In this document: piece by piece, positions 1 to 8,200 of the stretch
How the letters are laid out: the number at the start of each line of letters is the position of its first letter
Numbering within the stretch: the first letter of the stretch is position 1
Assembly: GCA_031416315.1 (NCBI GenBank)
Contig: JANOTL010000144.1
Coordinates: 1 to 16,623, forward strand
DNA length: 16,623 nucleotides
Reading direction: 5' to 3'
From: Pseudomonadota bacterium
Lineage (GTDB): Bacteria; Bdellovibrionota_B; Oligoflexia; Oligoflexales; CAIYRB01
Made by a program: the position numbers and the translations under genes
Notes under the pieces: model-generated
The model's input: only the letters and a program-made list of their open reading frames with translations
Database searches by the model: none
What the model was told of the DNA's origin: nothing

Positions 1-276
1 GTTGGTCGCGCCCATGATGTCGCGGTTTTTTTGGATCGCGCCGGCGCCCTCGAGGGCGATCACGACGACCGGGCCCGAGCACATCATCTCGACGAGCTCG
101 CCGAAAAACGGGCGATCCTTGTGGACGGCGTAGAAGCCTTCCGCGACGCGGCGGGACATCAGCATCTTCTTCATGCCGGCGATGCGCAGGCCTTCTTCCT
201 CGAAGCGGCCGACGATCTTGCCGATGAGATTGCGCGACACGCCGTCAGGCTTGACGATCGAGAGGGTGCGTTCCAA
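1..276 (-). CDS. ndk: Nucleoside diphosphate kinase, 5' part (runs off the left edge)
   Basis: Hand translation from TTG at 276: [92 protein letters not shown], the classic NDK N-terminus (ERTL..KPDG, FY.VH..RPFF, SGP, R.IMGATN). GGAGG Shine-Dalgarno at 282-286. Confidence 0.97.
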   Translation of the reverse strand, partial: MERTLSIVKPDGVSRNLIGKIVGRFEEEGLRIAGMKKMLMSRRVAEGFYAVHKDRPFFGELVEMMCSGPVVVIALEGAGAIQKNRDIMGATN

Positions 277-318
277 AAGGGCCTCCAAAGACAAAAAAAA
301 AGCGCGGTTGAGCCCGCG

Positions 319-346
319 ATTCTAACGGATCGGCGGCGATTCGCAA
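319..346 (-). promoter_or_regulatory. Putative sigma70-type promoter for ndk
   Basis: Minus strand TTGCGA (346-341), 16-nt spacer, TAGAAT (324-319), followed by a GC-rich discriminator, about 40 nt upstream of the ndk start. Confidence 0.6.
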
Positions 347-363
347 CCCTGGAAAGAAGCCAG

Positions 364-406
364 CGAGCCCTGTAAGAGCCGGCAGTTGCGGCGCTTACAG
401 GGCTCG
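364..406 (-). terminator. Stem-loop downstream of the carboxylase/pgpA run, probable terminator or mRNA stabiliser
   Basis: Perfect 13-bp inverted repeat CGAGCCCTGTAAG (364-376) / CTTACAGGGCTCG (394-406) with an inner GCCG/CGGC stem, 25 nt after the stop at 432. The U-tail on the minus strand is weak (CTGGCTTCTTT). Confidence 0.6.
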
Positions 407-431
407 AATTCACTTGCTTCGCCTTCGAAAC

Positions 432-671
432 TCAGTAGCAGCGCAGCTCGCCCATGATCTTCACCACCTTCGAGCCGCCGGTCTTGTAGCAGCGCATGAT
501 GGCCTTCCGGTATTCCTTGGCCTCGCTCTCGTTCACCGGGTCGGAGCCGGCGTCGTTGCCCGAGACGCCGCCGGCGCCGCCGCCCCCGCCGCCCGAGGCG
601 CAGCCCGAAAGGGAGAAGGCGGCGTAAGTGAGCGCAAAGCAGAGCGCGGCCATGGTCGCCAGGTTCCGCAT
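432..671 (-). CDS. Small hypothetical lipoprotein (79 aa)
   Basis: Signal peptide with lipobox LSGC, Gly-rich linker, C-terminal RCY-x14-RCY segment; AAGGGA ribosome binding site; co-oriented with neighbours and fills the gap between them. Confidence 0.85.
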   Translation of the reverse strand: MRNLATMAALCFALTYAAFSLSGCASGGGGGGAGGVSGNDAGSDPVNESEAKEYRKAIMRCYKTGGSKVVKIMGELRCY

Positions 672-728
672 AGGTCGTCCCTTAGGAGAGATTGGGGAAA
701 CGGAGGGTCGAGGTGGGTCCTCTCCATT

Positions 729-1739
729 TTAGCGCGCGGCCACGCCCGGCGCCAGGGTGACGACGACCGGATGGTGGTCCGAGCCGAGCTCGGGGCCGAT
801 TCGGCGCTCCACGACGGCGATATCGGGCGTCGTGAGCACGTGATCGATCGGGATCCTCAGCGCGAAAAAGCCCGTCGGCCAGCTCGGCTGCGGGCCGAAG
901 CCCTGGCGCGAATCGCGCAAACCGAGAGCTTTTGTCAGCTCGCCAAAGATCGGCGACCAGGGCGTGGCGTTGAAATCGCCCGCGAGCACACCGAGGCGGC
1001 CCGAGCCCTGCAGAAATTGCCCGGCGGCACGGAGGACGCGGTCCCGCCGCGCGCGTCCTGTCGCGCTCATCGGCGGCATCGCGTGCACGCCGACGAAGGA
1101 GAGGCGTTCCTTCCCCCATGAAAATTCCGCCGTCACCGAAGGGATCGGGTCTTGGCCGAGCTCTTCGATGCGTGCCGTTCCGGCGACGAGGCGCGCCGCG
1201 CTGTCGCGGCGCACGTAGAGGCCGATGCCGAAGTTGTCGAGGCGCACGGCCTCCGCCGCCGTCTCGTAGCCGAGGGCGGAGAGGCCGAAGGCGTCGGGCT
1301 GCGGCGCCGAGAGCTCGAGGATCAGGAGGACGTCCGGCCGCTCCGCCGCCAGAAAGGCGCGCACGCCGGCGGGATCTTCGTTGCCGGAGTGGACGTTGAA
1401 GGAGACGAGCTTGAGCCGCGGCGCGCCCGAAATGGGCAGAGGCCCCTCTCGATCCAAGAAATCGCCGACGAAGTGCCCGGCGTTCCAGAGGGCGAAGATC
1501 AAGATGACGACGGCCGGACGCCGGTCTTTCCCGAGCGCGAGCGCCAAAGCCGAGAGGCCCAAGGTCGCCGCGTACTGCAGCCGAAAATTCGCGGCGAGCT
1601 CGAAGAAGTAGGAGGCGCCGGAGAGATAAGGCAAGAGCGAGACAAGTGCGCCGAGCGCAGAGACCACGGCGAGCGCGCGCAGCCGGCTTTCCCGCCAGCG
1701 CGGGTCGCGGAGGTCCGGGACTAAGCGAAGAAGGGGCAT
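729..1739 (-). CDS. Endonuclease/exonuclease/phosphatase (EEP) family protein with N-terminal membrane helices (YafD-like)
   Basis: Motifs SFNV, PDVLLILE, GDFNATPWS, IPIDHVL, GSDHHPV; about 3 N-terminal hydrophobic segments. Start moved to the ATG at 1739 (MPLLRL...), since the upstream extension to 2000 lies inside pgpA. Confidence 0.9.
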   Translation of the reverse strand: MPLLRLVPDLRDPRWRESRLRALAVVSALGALVSLLPYLSGASYFFELAANFRLQYAATLGLSALALALGKDRRPAVVILIFALWNAGHFVGDFLDREGPLPISGAPRLKLVSFNVHSGNEDPAGVRAFLAAERPDVLLILELSAPQPDAFGLSALGYETAAEAVRLDNFGIGLYVRRDSAARLVAGTARIEELGQDPIPSVTAEFSWGKERLSFVGVHAMPPMSATGRARRDRVLRAAGQFLQGSGRLGVLAGDFNATPWSPIFGELTKALGLRDSRQGFGPQPSWPTGFFALRIPIDHVLTTPDIAVVERRIGPELGSDHHPVVVTLAPGVAAR

Positions 1740-2176
1740 AAGATCGCCGCGGCGACGGCGCCTGCCAGAAGGTCGTCGCCCAAGGTGCCGAACGCGCCGG
1801 GACCGTCGCGGTCGATCTTCCCGATCAAGAGCGGCTTCGTGACGTCGAGGAGGCGAAAGAGTCCGAAGGCGAGGACGACGGCGAAGACACTTGGCGTGAG
1901 GTAGGCGACGGCGATCGCCTGCCCGGCGACCTCGTCGATGACGATGCGCTGGTCGTCGTGAATGCCGAGCACGGACTCGGTCCGGGCGATCGCCCACCAA
2001 GCGAGGACGGCGAGGAGGAGGAGCGCCACGGTGATTAAAAGAACGCTGTTTAGATGATGCAGGCCGACGCCGAGTGCCAGGCCGGGGAGGGACCCGAAGG
2101 TCCCGGGCGCCTTCGGCGCCTTGCCGATGCCGAAAGCCATCGCGAGCTGGATCGCCAGGCGGTCGAGCGCGGTCAC
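1721..2176 (-). CDS. pgpA: Phosphatidylglycerophosphatase A
   Basis: PgpA motifs FGIG..P.APGTFGSL, HDDQRIVIDEVAGQ, FRLLDVTKP, GDDLLAG. Start uncertain; GTG at 2176 chosen (see findings). Confidence 0.93.
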   Translation of the reverse strand: MTALDRLAIQLAMAFGIGKAPKAPGTFGSLPGLALGVGLHHLNSVLLITVALLLLAVLAWWAIARTESVLGIHDDQRIVIDEVAGQAIAVAYLTPSVFAVVLAFGLFRLLDVTKPLLIGKIDRDGPGAFGTLGDDLLAGAVAAAILCPFFA

Positions 2177-2208
2177 GTAGGCGTCTCGGGTCGCACGCGG
2201 TTCATCGA

Positions 2209-2754
2209 TCAGTCCTTCGCAAGGCGGAGGAGCTCGCGGCCGGTCTGCACCGCGTCCCCGTCTTTTACGGCGATCTGCGTCACCGTGCCGGCCTGCGGCG
2301 CGAAGACGCGGTTCTCCATCTTCATCGCCTCGACGATCATCAACGGATCGCCTTGAGCGACGTGGTCGCCGACGCCGACCAGGACCTTCAAGACCTTGCC
2401 CGTGATCTGGCTCCGAATTTGCACGGCTTTCACGGCTTCGGTCTTGCCGCGGCTCGACTGACCGGGTGCCGCGAGCTCGACCGTGGCCGTCAGGGAGACG
2501 ATGCCTTGCGCGGCGCTCGCGAGGAGCTCCACCGAAAGCTCGGTCGCGGCCTCGCCGGCCCAGCGGGAGAGCGCGGCGGAGCGCACGCGCAGGTTGTGCT
2601 CGACGCCGTTCGCCGCGGTGAGAATTAGCGTGCGCTGGCGCGCGTGCCACGCGAGGCGCCTACCGTCCGGCAGGGGTTCCGCCTCGGCTCCTGGAAGCGC
2701 ATCCGGAAGCTCGAGTTCGAAAGAGACGCCGCCGATTTTCACGAGCCAGTTCAT
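2209..2754 (-). CDS. Biotin carboxyl carrier subunit of an acetyl/propionyl-CoA carboxylase, with N-terminal extension
   Basis: Biotinylation motif EAMKMEN in a C-terminal biotin/lipoyl domain; ATG at 2754 (MNWLVK) preceded by AAGGAG, 10 nt after the biotin carboxylase stop. Confidence 0.93.
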   Translation of the reverse strand: MNWLVKIGGVSFELELPDALPGAEAEPLPDGRRLAWHARQRTLILTAANGVEHNLRVRSAALSRWAGEAATELSVELLASAAQGIVSLTATVELAAPGQSSRGKTEAVKAVQIRSQITGKVLKVLVGVGDHVAQGDPLMIVEAMKMENRVFAPQAGTVTQIAVKDGDAVQTGRELLRLAKD

Positions 2755-2764
2755 TGCGGTCTCC

Positions 2765-4270
2765 TTACGCTTCGCGGCCGGCACGGCGCCAGGCTGAGTC
2801 GCGCGGCGGCTGGGCTGAAGCATGATCCGCGCCGCGTTGCGTCTCGTCGGCCGTCAGCGCCGCCGCGACCAGCGCGCCGACGCCCTCGGCGAGCGCGGCC
2901 GGATCGCCGGCCAGCTTCTCCTTGAAATAGGCGGCTTTTTGCTCGATGAAGCGGGTCGAAAAGGTGCCGGCCTTGAATTCCGGGTGCGCCAGGAGCGCCT
3001 CGTGGAAGCGCGTCGTCGTCGGCACGCCCTCGACCTTGGTCTCCATCAGCGCGCGGCTCATGCGCCGCATCGCCTCGTCGCGGGTCTCGCCCCAGGTGAT
3101 CACTTTCGCGACCATCGAGTCGTAGTGCGAGGGGATGGCGTAGCCCGCGTAGAGGTGCGTGTCGACGCGAACGAAGGGCCCCGCGGGAAAGGTCAGCGCC
3201 GTGACGAGGCCGGGACCAGGCGCGAAATCCTTCGCCGGATCTTCGGCGTTGATGCGCGCCTCCATCGACCAGCCGCGCAAGGGCACGTCCTTCTGCTGGA
3301 ACGCGAGCTTCTCCCCGCGCGCGACGCGGATTTGCCAGCCGATCAGGTCGATGCCGGTGATCATCTCGGTCACCGGATGCTCGACTTGAATGCGGGTGTT
3401 CATCTCCATGAAATAGGCGCGTTCGGGGCTCTCGCAGATGAACTCGATGGTGCCGGCGCCAGAGTAGCCCGCGGCTTTCGCAGCGGCAACGGCCGCGGCG
3501 CCGATCTTTTGGCGCTGCGCGTCGGAGAGGTAAGGGCTCGGCGCCTCCTCGAAGAGCTTCTGGTGGCGGCGCTGGATCGAGCAGTCGCGCTCGTGCAAGT
3601 GCACGCCGTTGCCGTAGTTGTCGAAGAGGACCTGGAACTCGATGTGCCGCGGGTCCTCGATGTAGCGCTCGCAGAAGACGTCGCCGCTGCCGAAGTAGGC
3701 GATGGCCTCGCGCGTGCAGGCCTCGAACGCCGGCGCGAGCTCGATGTCCTTGCGGACGACGCGCATGCCGCGGCCCCCGCCGCCGTTTGCGGCCTTCAGG
3801 ATGAGCGGATAGCCGATCTCCGTCGCGAGCCGTTGCAGCTCGGCCGCGTCCTTCAGGGCGCCTTTGCTTCCCGGGACAACCGGAACGCCATGCTCGATCA
3901 TGAGGTGCTTGGCGTGCACCTTGTTGCCCATCGCGTCCATCGCGCGCGACGACGGACCGATGAAGGTCGCGCCCGCGGCGGTGACGGCGTCGACGAATGC
4001 GCCGCGCTCGGACAGGAAGCCGTAGCCCGGATGCACGGCGTCGGCGCCGGAGCGCTTCAGCGCGTCGAGGATCGCGGGGATGTTCAGATAGGTGTCGGCG
4101 GAGGCGCTGCCCGGCAGGCGCACCGCGAAATCGGCCTCGAAACGGTGGCGGCTCTGCGCGTCGGCGTCGGAGTAGACGGCGACGCTCTCGAGCCCCAGAT
4201 CCCTGAGGCTGCGCACGACCCGCAGCGCGATCTCGCCGCGGTTCGCGATCAGGACGCGTTGGAAGCTCAC
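2765..4270 (-). CDS. accC: Biotin carboxylase subunit of an acetyl/propionyl-CoA carboxylase
   Basis: [65 protein letters not shown]; no biotin domain of its own. GTG start overlaps the upstream TGA (GTGA). Confidence 0.95.
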   Translation of the reverse strand: MSFQRVLIANRGEIALRVVRSLRDLGLESVAVYSDADAQSRHRFEADFAVRLPGSASADTYLNIPAILDALKRSGADAVHPGYGFLSERGAFVDAVTAAGATFIGPSSRAMDAMGNKVHAKHLMIEHGVPVVPGSKGALKDAAELQRLATEIGYPLILKAANGGGGRGMRVVRKDIELAPAFEACTREAIAYFGSGDVFCERYIEDPRHIEFQVLFDNYGNGVHLHERDCSIQRRHQKLFEEAPSPYLSDAQRQKIGAAAVAAAKAAGYSGAGTIEFICESPERAYFMEMNTRIQVEHPVTEMITGIDLIGWQIRVARGEKLAFQQKDVPLRGWSMEARINAEDPAKDFAPGPGLVTALTFPAGPFVRVDTHLYAGYAIPSHYDSMVAKVITWGETRDEAMRRMSRALMETKVEGVPTTTRFHEALLAHPEFKAGTFSTRFIEQKAAYFKEKLAGDPAALAEGVGALVAAALTADETQRGADHASAQPPRDSAWRRAGREA

Positions 4271-5793
4271 AGCGGAATGTTCCCATGCTTGCGTTTCGGG
4301 CGTTCGACGCGCTTCGTCGCGGCCGCGCTCAGGCCGCGCAGCAGATAGGCGCGCGTCTCAGCCGGGAAGATCACCGCGTCGATGTAGCCGCGCGCGGCGG
4401 CGATGTAGGGATTGGCGAATTTCTCGGAATAGGCTTGGGTGAGCTCCCGACGCTTCTTCTCCGGGTCGGGTGCGGCCGTGATCTCGCCCTTGAAGATGAC
4501 GTTGCAGGCGCCCGCGGCGCCCATGACGGCGATCTCGGCCTTTGGCCAGGCGAGGTTCAGGTCGGCGCCGATGTGCTTCGAGTTCATGACGTCGTAGGCG
4601 CCGCCGTACGCTTTGCGCGTGATGACGGTAAGGCGCGGCACCGTCGCCTCGCAGAATGCGTAGAGGAGCTTCGCCCCGTGGCGAATGATGCCGTTCTTTT
4701 CTTGGTCGGACCCCGGCAGGAAGCCCGGGACGTCGACGAAGGTGAGGAGCGGGATGTTGAAGGCGTCGCAGAAGCGCACGAAGCGCGCGCCCTTCACCGA
4801 GGCGTCGATGTCGAGCACGCCTGCTAGGTGATTCGGGTTGTTGGCGACGATCCCGACCGAGCGACCGCCCAGGCGCGCGAAAGCGGTGACGAGATGCGGG
4901 GCGAACTCCGGCTTCACCTCGAAGAGCGTGTCGGGGTCGACGACGCAGCGAAGGACCTCGAGCATGTCGTACGGTTGGTTCGGGTTCTCGGGGACGAGGC
5001 TCCCGATACGCTCGGCGGCGGGGCCTGCCGCGTTCTCGACGAAGGGCGGGTCGTCGAGGTTGTTCGACGGCAAGTAGGAGAGGAGGCGGCGAACGCCCGC
5101 GATCATCTCGGCCTCGCTCGGGAAGCGTCGGTCGGCGACGCCGCTCTGCTGCGTGTGCGTCGCCGAGCCGCCGAGGTCCTCCATGCCGATGGTCTCGCCG
5201 GTGACCGTCTTGATGACGTCGGGGCCGGTGATGAACATGTGGCTCGTGTCGTCGACCATGAAGACGAAGTCGGTGATCGCCGGCGAGTAGACGGCGCCGC
5301 CGGCGCAGGGCCCCATGATCATCGAGATCTGCGGCACGACGCCGCTCGCTTGCACGTTGCGGTAGAAGATGTCCGCGTAGCCCCCGAGGCTCGCGACCCC
5401 TTCCTGGATGCGCGCCCCGCCGGAGTCGTTGATGCCGATCACCGGCGCGCCGTTGCGGACGGCCATGTCCTGGATCTTGGTGATCTTGCGCGCCATGGTG
5501 AGGGAGAGGCTGCCGCCGAAGACGGTAAAATCCTGCGAGAAAACGTAGACGTTGCGGCCGCCGACCGTGCCGAAGCCGGTGATGACGCCGTCGCCCAGGA
5601 CCTTCTTCTCCGCCATGCCGAAGTCGTTGCAGTCGTGCTCCGCGAACATGTCGAGCTCGACGAAGGAGCCTGGATCGAGGAGCTGGTGCAGGCGCTCGCG
5701 CGCCGTCATCTTCCCGCGCTTGTGCTGCGCCGCGATCTTGTCCTCGCCGCCGCCTTTCAGCGCTTGATTTCTGAGCTCGGAAAGCTGCTTCAT
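4267..5793 (-). CDS. pccB: Acyl-CoA carboxylase carboxyltransferase beta subunit (PccB-like)
   Basis: [61 protein letters not shown] and C-terminal RKHGNIPL. Start placed at ATG 5793 (MKQLSE) after GAGAGG; substrate specificity is inferred. Confidence 0.93.
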   Translation of the reverse strand: MKQLSELRNQALKGGGEDKIAAQHKRGKMTARERLHQLLDPGSFVELDMFAEHDCNDFGMAEKKVLGDGVITGFGTVGGRNVYVFSQDFTVFGGSLSLTMARKITKIQDMAVRNGAPVIGINDSGGARIQEGVASLGGYADIFYRNVQASGVVPQISMIMGPCAGGAVYSPAITDFVFMVDDTSHMFITGPDVIKTVTGETIGMEDLGGSATHTQQSGVADRRFPSEAEMIAGVRRLLSYLPSNNLDDPPFVENAAGPAAERIGSLVPENPNQPYDMLEVLRCVVDPDTLFEVKPEFAPHLVTAFARLGGRSVGIVANNPNHLAGVLDIDASVKGARFVRFCDAFNIPLLTFVDVPGFLPGSDQEKNGIIRHGAKLLYAFCEATVPRLTVITRKAYGGAYDVMNSKHIGADLNLAWPKAEIAVMGAAGACNVIFKGEITAAPDPEKKRRELTQAYSEKFANPYIAAARGYIDAVIFPAETRAYLLRGLSAAATKRVERPKRKHGNIPL

Positions 5794-5801
5794 CACGCCT
5801 C

Positions 5802-6563
5802 TCAGTAGATCTGCCGGCCAGGGAAGTCGCGCCACAATTGTTCGGTGTAGAGCCTTTCGCCGACGGCCTCCCACGGCGGCAGCGGCAGCTCGACGTGCAC
5901 CTTCGCCGCCTCGAGGCGCTGATTCGGCACGCTCGCCTCGCGGCCTCCGGCCCACAAGAGCTCGCCGCGGCCGGTGTCGACGAGGAGGAGCGAGACGCCG
6001 ACGGCGCGCATGGCGACGTGGAGGCCGCGGTCGTTCAGCCGCTTTTCATAGGCGTAAGCGACGAACGGGAGGAGGACGGCGTCCGCGTTACGGACGGCGC
6101 GCGAGACGTCGGCGAGCCAGGCGCGTAGCTCCGGCCTAGGTGCCAGGCCGCGCTCGAAATAGTCGGGGATCGTGGCGCAGCCGTCGCAGGCGTCGGGGCC
6201 GTGCGCGAAGAGCTGCGGCAACTTCGTGAGAGCGTCCTTCTGGCCCGCCGCCTCTAAGTTTTGCGCCACGAACTTCGGGGAGAAGCCGCGCATGTACGGC
6301 TGGCCGTCGAAGGCCTTCAACACCGCCTGGTCGAAGGCGCCGCAGAGCGCCTGCACGTCTTGGTCCTTGGCGCTGGTGAGCGGCAGCTCCATGAAGCGCG
6401 CGCCTGCGGGCCAGGCTTGGCAAGGAAGGATCGCGATCGCGGCCGGGACGTAGCCGGCGTGATCAGGCTGCACGCCGAGCAGCACGGCGTCGCGATCTGT
6501 CACGCAGGCAGTGGCGACAAGCAGAAGAATGAGCAACTGAGGCAATCGGATAAGGCGCAACAT
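5802..6563 (-). CDS. Hypothetical lipoprotein, possibly CsgG/LpoB/DUF799-like alpha/beta fold
   Basis: Hydrophobic leader ending ..LLVATAC; pattern AIAILP...DAVL...[15 protein letters not shown] resembles that lipoprotein clan; contains CxxC (CDGC). Start is ATG 6563 or TTG 6581; stop lies 8 nt before pccB. Confidence 0.75.
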   Translation of the reverse strand: MLRLIRLPQLLILLLVATACVTDRDAVLLGVQPDHAGYVPAAIAILPCQAWPAGARFMELPLTSAKDQDVQALCGAFDQAVLKAFDGQPYMRGFSPKFVAQNLEAAGQKDALTKLPQLFAHGPDACDGCATIPDYFERGLAPRPELRAWLADVSRAVRNADAVLLPFVAYAYEKRLNDRGLHVAMRAVGVSLLLVDTGRGELLWAGGREASVPNQRLEAAKVHVELPLPPWEAVGERLYTEQLWRDFPGRQIY

Positions 6564-6609
6564 GATGAGAAGACTAGCCAAGAGAGCACCGAAACTCCAG
6601 GGAAAAGTG

Positions 6610-6644
6610 TTGAAATTATAAGAATTCTATGATAATCTTTAGAA
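6610..6644. promoter_or_regulatory. Overlapping divergent sigma70-like promoters
   Basis: AT-rich island. Plus strand: TTGAAA (6610-6615), 17 nt, TAATCT (6633-6638) with extended TG. Minus strand: perfect TATAAT (6620-6615) with weak -35 TTCTAA (6644-6639). Confidence 0.6.
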
Positions 6645-6677
6645 TGCTTTAGTCGCGTCACCAAGCCGGAGGTCCCC

Positions 6678-6932
6678 ATGAAAGTCATGCTGAGTCTGAT
6701 CTGCGGAGCGATGCTAGGGGCCGGCGCGATGCTCATGCTCGTAGCCGGCGGATTCATGAAGGCGATCAAGGAAGAGAAGATCTCCTTGTCGATGGACCTG
6801 AGCGCCGAGGACGTCGAGCGTCTGGCGCGCGCCGCCGAGACGATGGACGGGCAGACGATGGTCCTGTCGGAAGGCAAGACCGTGCGCTGCGCGGCTGAAA
6901 GTCCCTGTAAGCTCGAGTCGACGGTCCGCTGA
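6678..6932 (+). CDS. Small hypothetical membrane-anchored or exported protein (84 aa)
   Basis: GGAGG five nt before ATG, N-terminal hydrophobic helix, G/C-ending codons, fills the gap between flanking genes. Confidence 0.85.
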   Translation: MKVMLSLICGAMLGAGAMLMLVAGGFMKAIKEEKISLSMDLSAEDVERLARAAETMDGQTMVLSEGKTVRCAAESPCKLESTVR

Positions 6933-6945
6933 GCGCTCGCAGGCT

Positions 6946-8073
6946 TCAGTCGCTCGCGGTTCCGGAGCCCTTGCCGGTGCCGGCGGGCGCGGGCACGACG
7001 GCGTAGGAGACCTGATAGGTCTCGCCCTTCGTGTCCTTCACCGTGAGCGTCATCTTGCCGCGCAGCTCGGTCCCACCGAAGGCCTTGAACGGCTCGGTCT
7101 TGAAGGTCCAGACCTGATCCGCGCCGGCTTTGGGCTCGAACGTGATGATCGTGATCTTCTCTTCGGGGCCGTCCGCGGCCTGCATCACCGCGGATTTGGA
7201 GCCGAGGTCGAGCTCGACCTTCGGCGGCTTGAGATCGAGGATCTCCTTCGCCAGGTCCTCGGCCTTCGTCACGGTCTTCAGGCGCTCGGGCTTCTCCGCG
7301 AATTCGCCCAGAAACTCCAGTGGGTCGATGTCCAAGTCTTCGAGCTCCGCGACGTCGCCGAGGAAGACGGCGTTCATGATCACGCCGGAGACGTTGGTGC
7401 GCAAGGATTTCGCGGCGGCCAGCGCGGCGTCGCGGTGACGCGGGAAGATGCCGCGCTCCCCGCCGCCGCCCTCGGTCGGCAGGCCGTCGGTGACGAAGTA
7501 GACGACTTTGGTGCCGGCGACGTCCTTCAGCATCGCCTCGGTCTTCTCCAAGCCCGCTTTGTAGTTCGTGCCGTCGACGCCGCGGCAGAAGTTCAAGACC
7601 GTGGCTTGCGCCGGAAACTGGTCGAGAGCGGTCAGGGGGACGGAGCCGACGAGCTCGCTGGCGAACTGGACGATGCCGATCTTGACGCGGGTGTCGCTGT
7701 TTTTCAGCGATTTCTGATACTGCGCGACGATCGCTTTGGCGGCGTCGAGGCGGCCGCAGGTGCTGTTCACGACCTGGTCGTTGCCGCGCGATTTCTCGGC
7801 GTTGTACATCGACAGCGAGAAGTCGACGACGAAGATGACGGTGAGCTCGGCCGGAGCGACGGGGCAGATCTCGCCGTCGATGAAGACCTGCGTCTTGACG
7901 TTGCCGCCCGGCACGTTCAGCACCAGCTCGTCGCCCTGGCTCGCGGGGCAGGCCGTGGCGACGCCGACGGGGATCGACTTCGCGTCTTTGTTCGACTGCG
8001 ATTTGAAGTCGGCGTCGCTGCACGCCGCGAGAAGGGCGAGGCAGAGAGCGAGCGCGGAGCGGCCGTCGTGCAT
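6946..8073 (-). CDS. von Willebrand factor A (VWA) domain lipoprotein
   Basis: Lipobox LLAAC; complete MIDAS: VIFVVDFSLSM (DxSxS), GTNY (T), FVTDGLP (D); GGAG ribosome binding site. Confidence 0.9.
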   Translation of the reverse strand: MHDGRSALALCLALLAACSDADFKSQSNKDAKSIPVGVATACPASQGDELVLNVPGGNVKTQVFIDGEICPVAPAELTVIFVVDFSLSMYNAEKSRGNDQVVNSTCGRLDAAKAIVAQYQKSLKNSDTRVKIGIVQFASELVGSVPLTALDQFPAQATVLNFCRGVDGTNYKAGLEKTEAMLKDVAGTKVVYFVTDGLPTEGGGGERGIFPRHRDAALAAAKSLRTNVSGVIMNAVFLGDVAELEDLDIDPLEFLGEFAEKPERLKTVTKAEDLAKEILDLKPPKVELDLGSKSAVMQAADGPEEKITIITFEPKAGADQVWTFKTEPFKAFGGTELRGKMTLTVKDTKGETYQVSYAVVPAPAGTGKGSGTASD

Positions 8074-8100
8074 GGGTTTCTCCAGTTGTCGTCTTATCGG

Positions 8101-8140
8101 CGCGCCCCGGGGCGCCCTTGAAGGCGGGCGGCGGGGCGCG
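8101..8140. repeat. GC-rich inverted repeat between divergent genes
   Basis: CGCGCCCCG (8101-8109) / CGGGGCGCG (8132-8140) with inner CGCCC/GGGCG stem. Confidence 0.6.
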
Positions 8141-8200
8141 AGAAAGCTTGGCGTTTCGGCCGTGAGTTTCTGCTAACCTCAAAAGAAACGGGAGGTAGCG

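Noticed and set aside
565..595. GCC-type microsatellite
   Set aside because: It encodes the poly-Gly linker of the small lipoprotein.
31..1724. Plus-strand ORFs 31-375, 414-1121 and 1152-1724
   Set aside because: Antisense to ndk, the small lipoprotein and the EEP gene.
1740..2823. N-terminal extensions in the ORF track for the EEP gene (to 2000), pgpA (to 2650) and the biotin carrier (to 2823)
   Set aside because: Arg/Pro-rich off-frame readings of the upstream genes; better starts lie downstream.
2751..4286. 511-aa minus-strand ORF overlapping accC in another frame
   Set aside because: Arg-rich low-complexity alternative frame, expected in high-GC genes.
2822..5808. Long plus-strand ORFs (508, 180 and 326 aa) opposite the carboxylase genes
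   Set aside because: Antisense shadows typical of high-GC coding DNA; no recognisable motifs, while the minus strand encodes well-conserved enzymes.
6500..8182. 560-aa minus-strand ORF overlapping the VWA gene
   Set aside because: Off-frame, Arg-rich, no domain signal.
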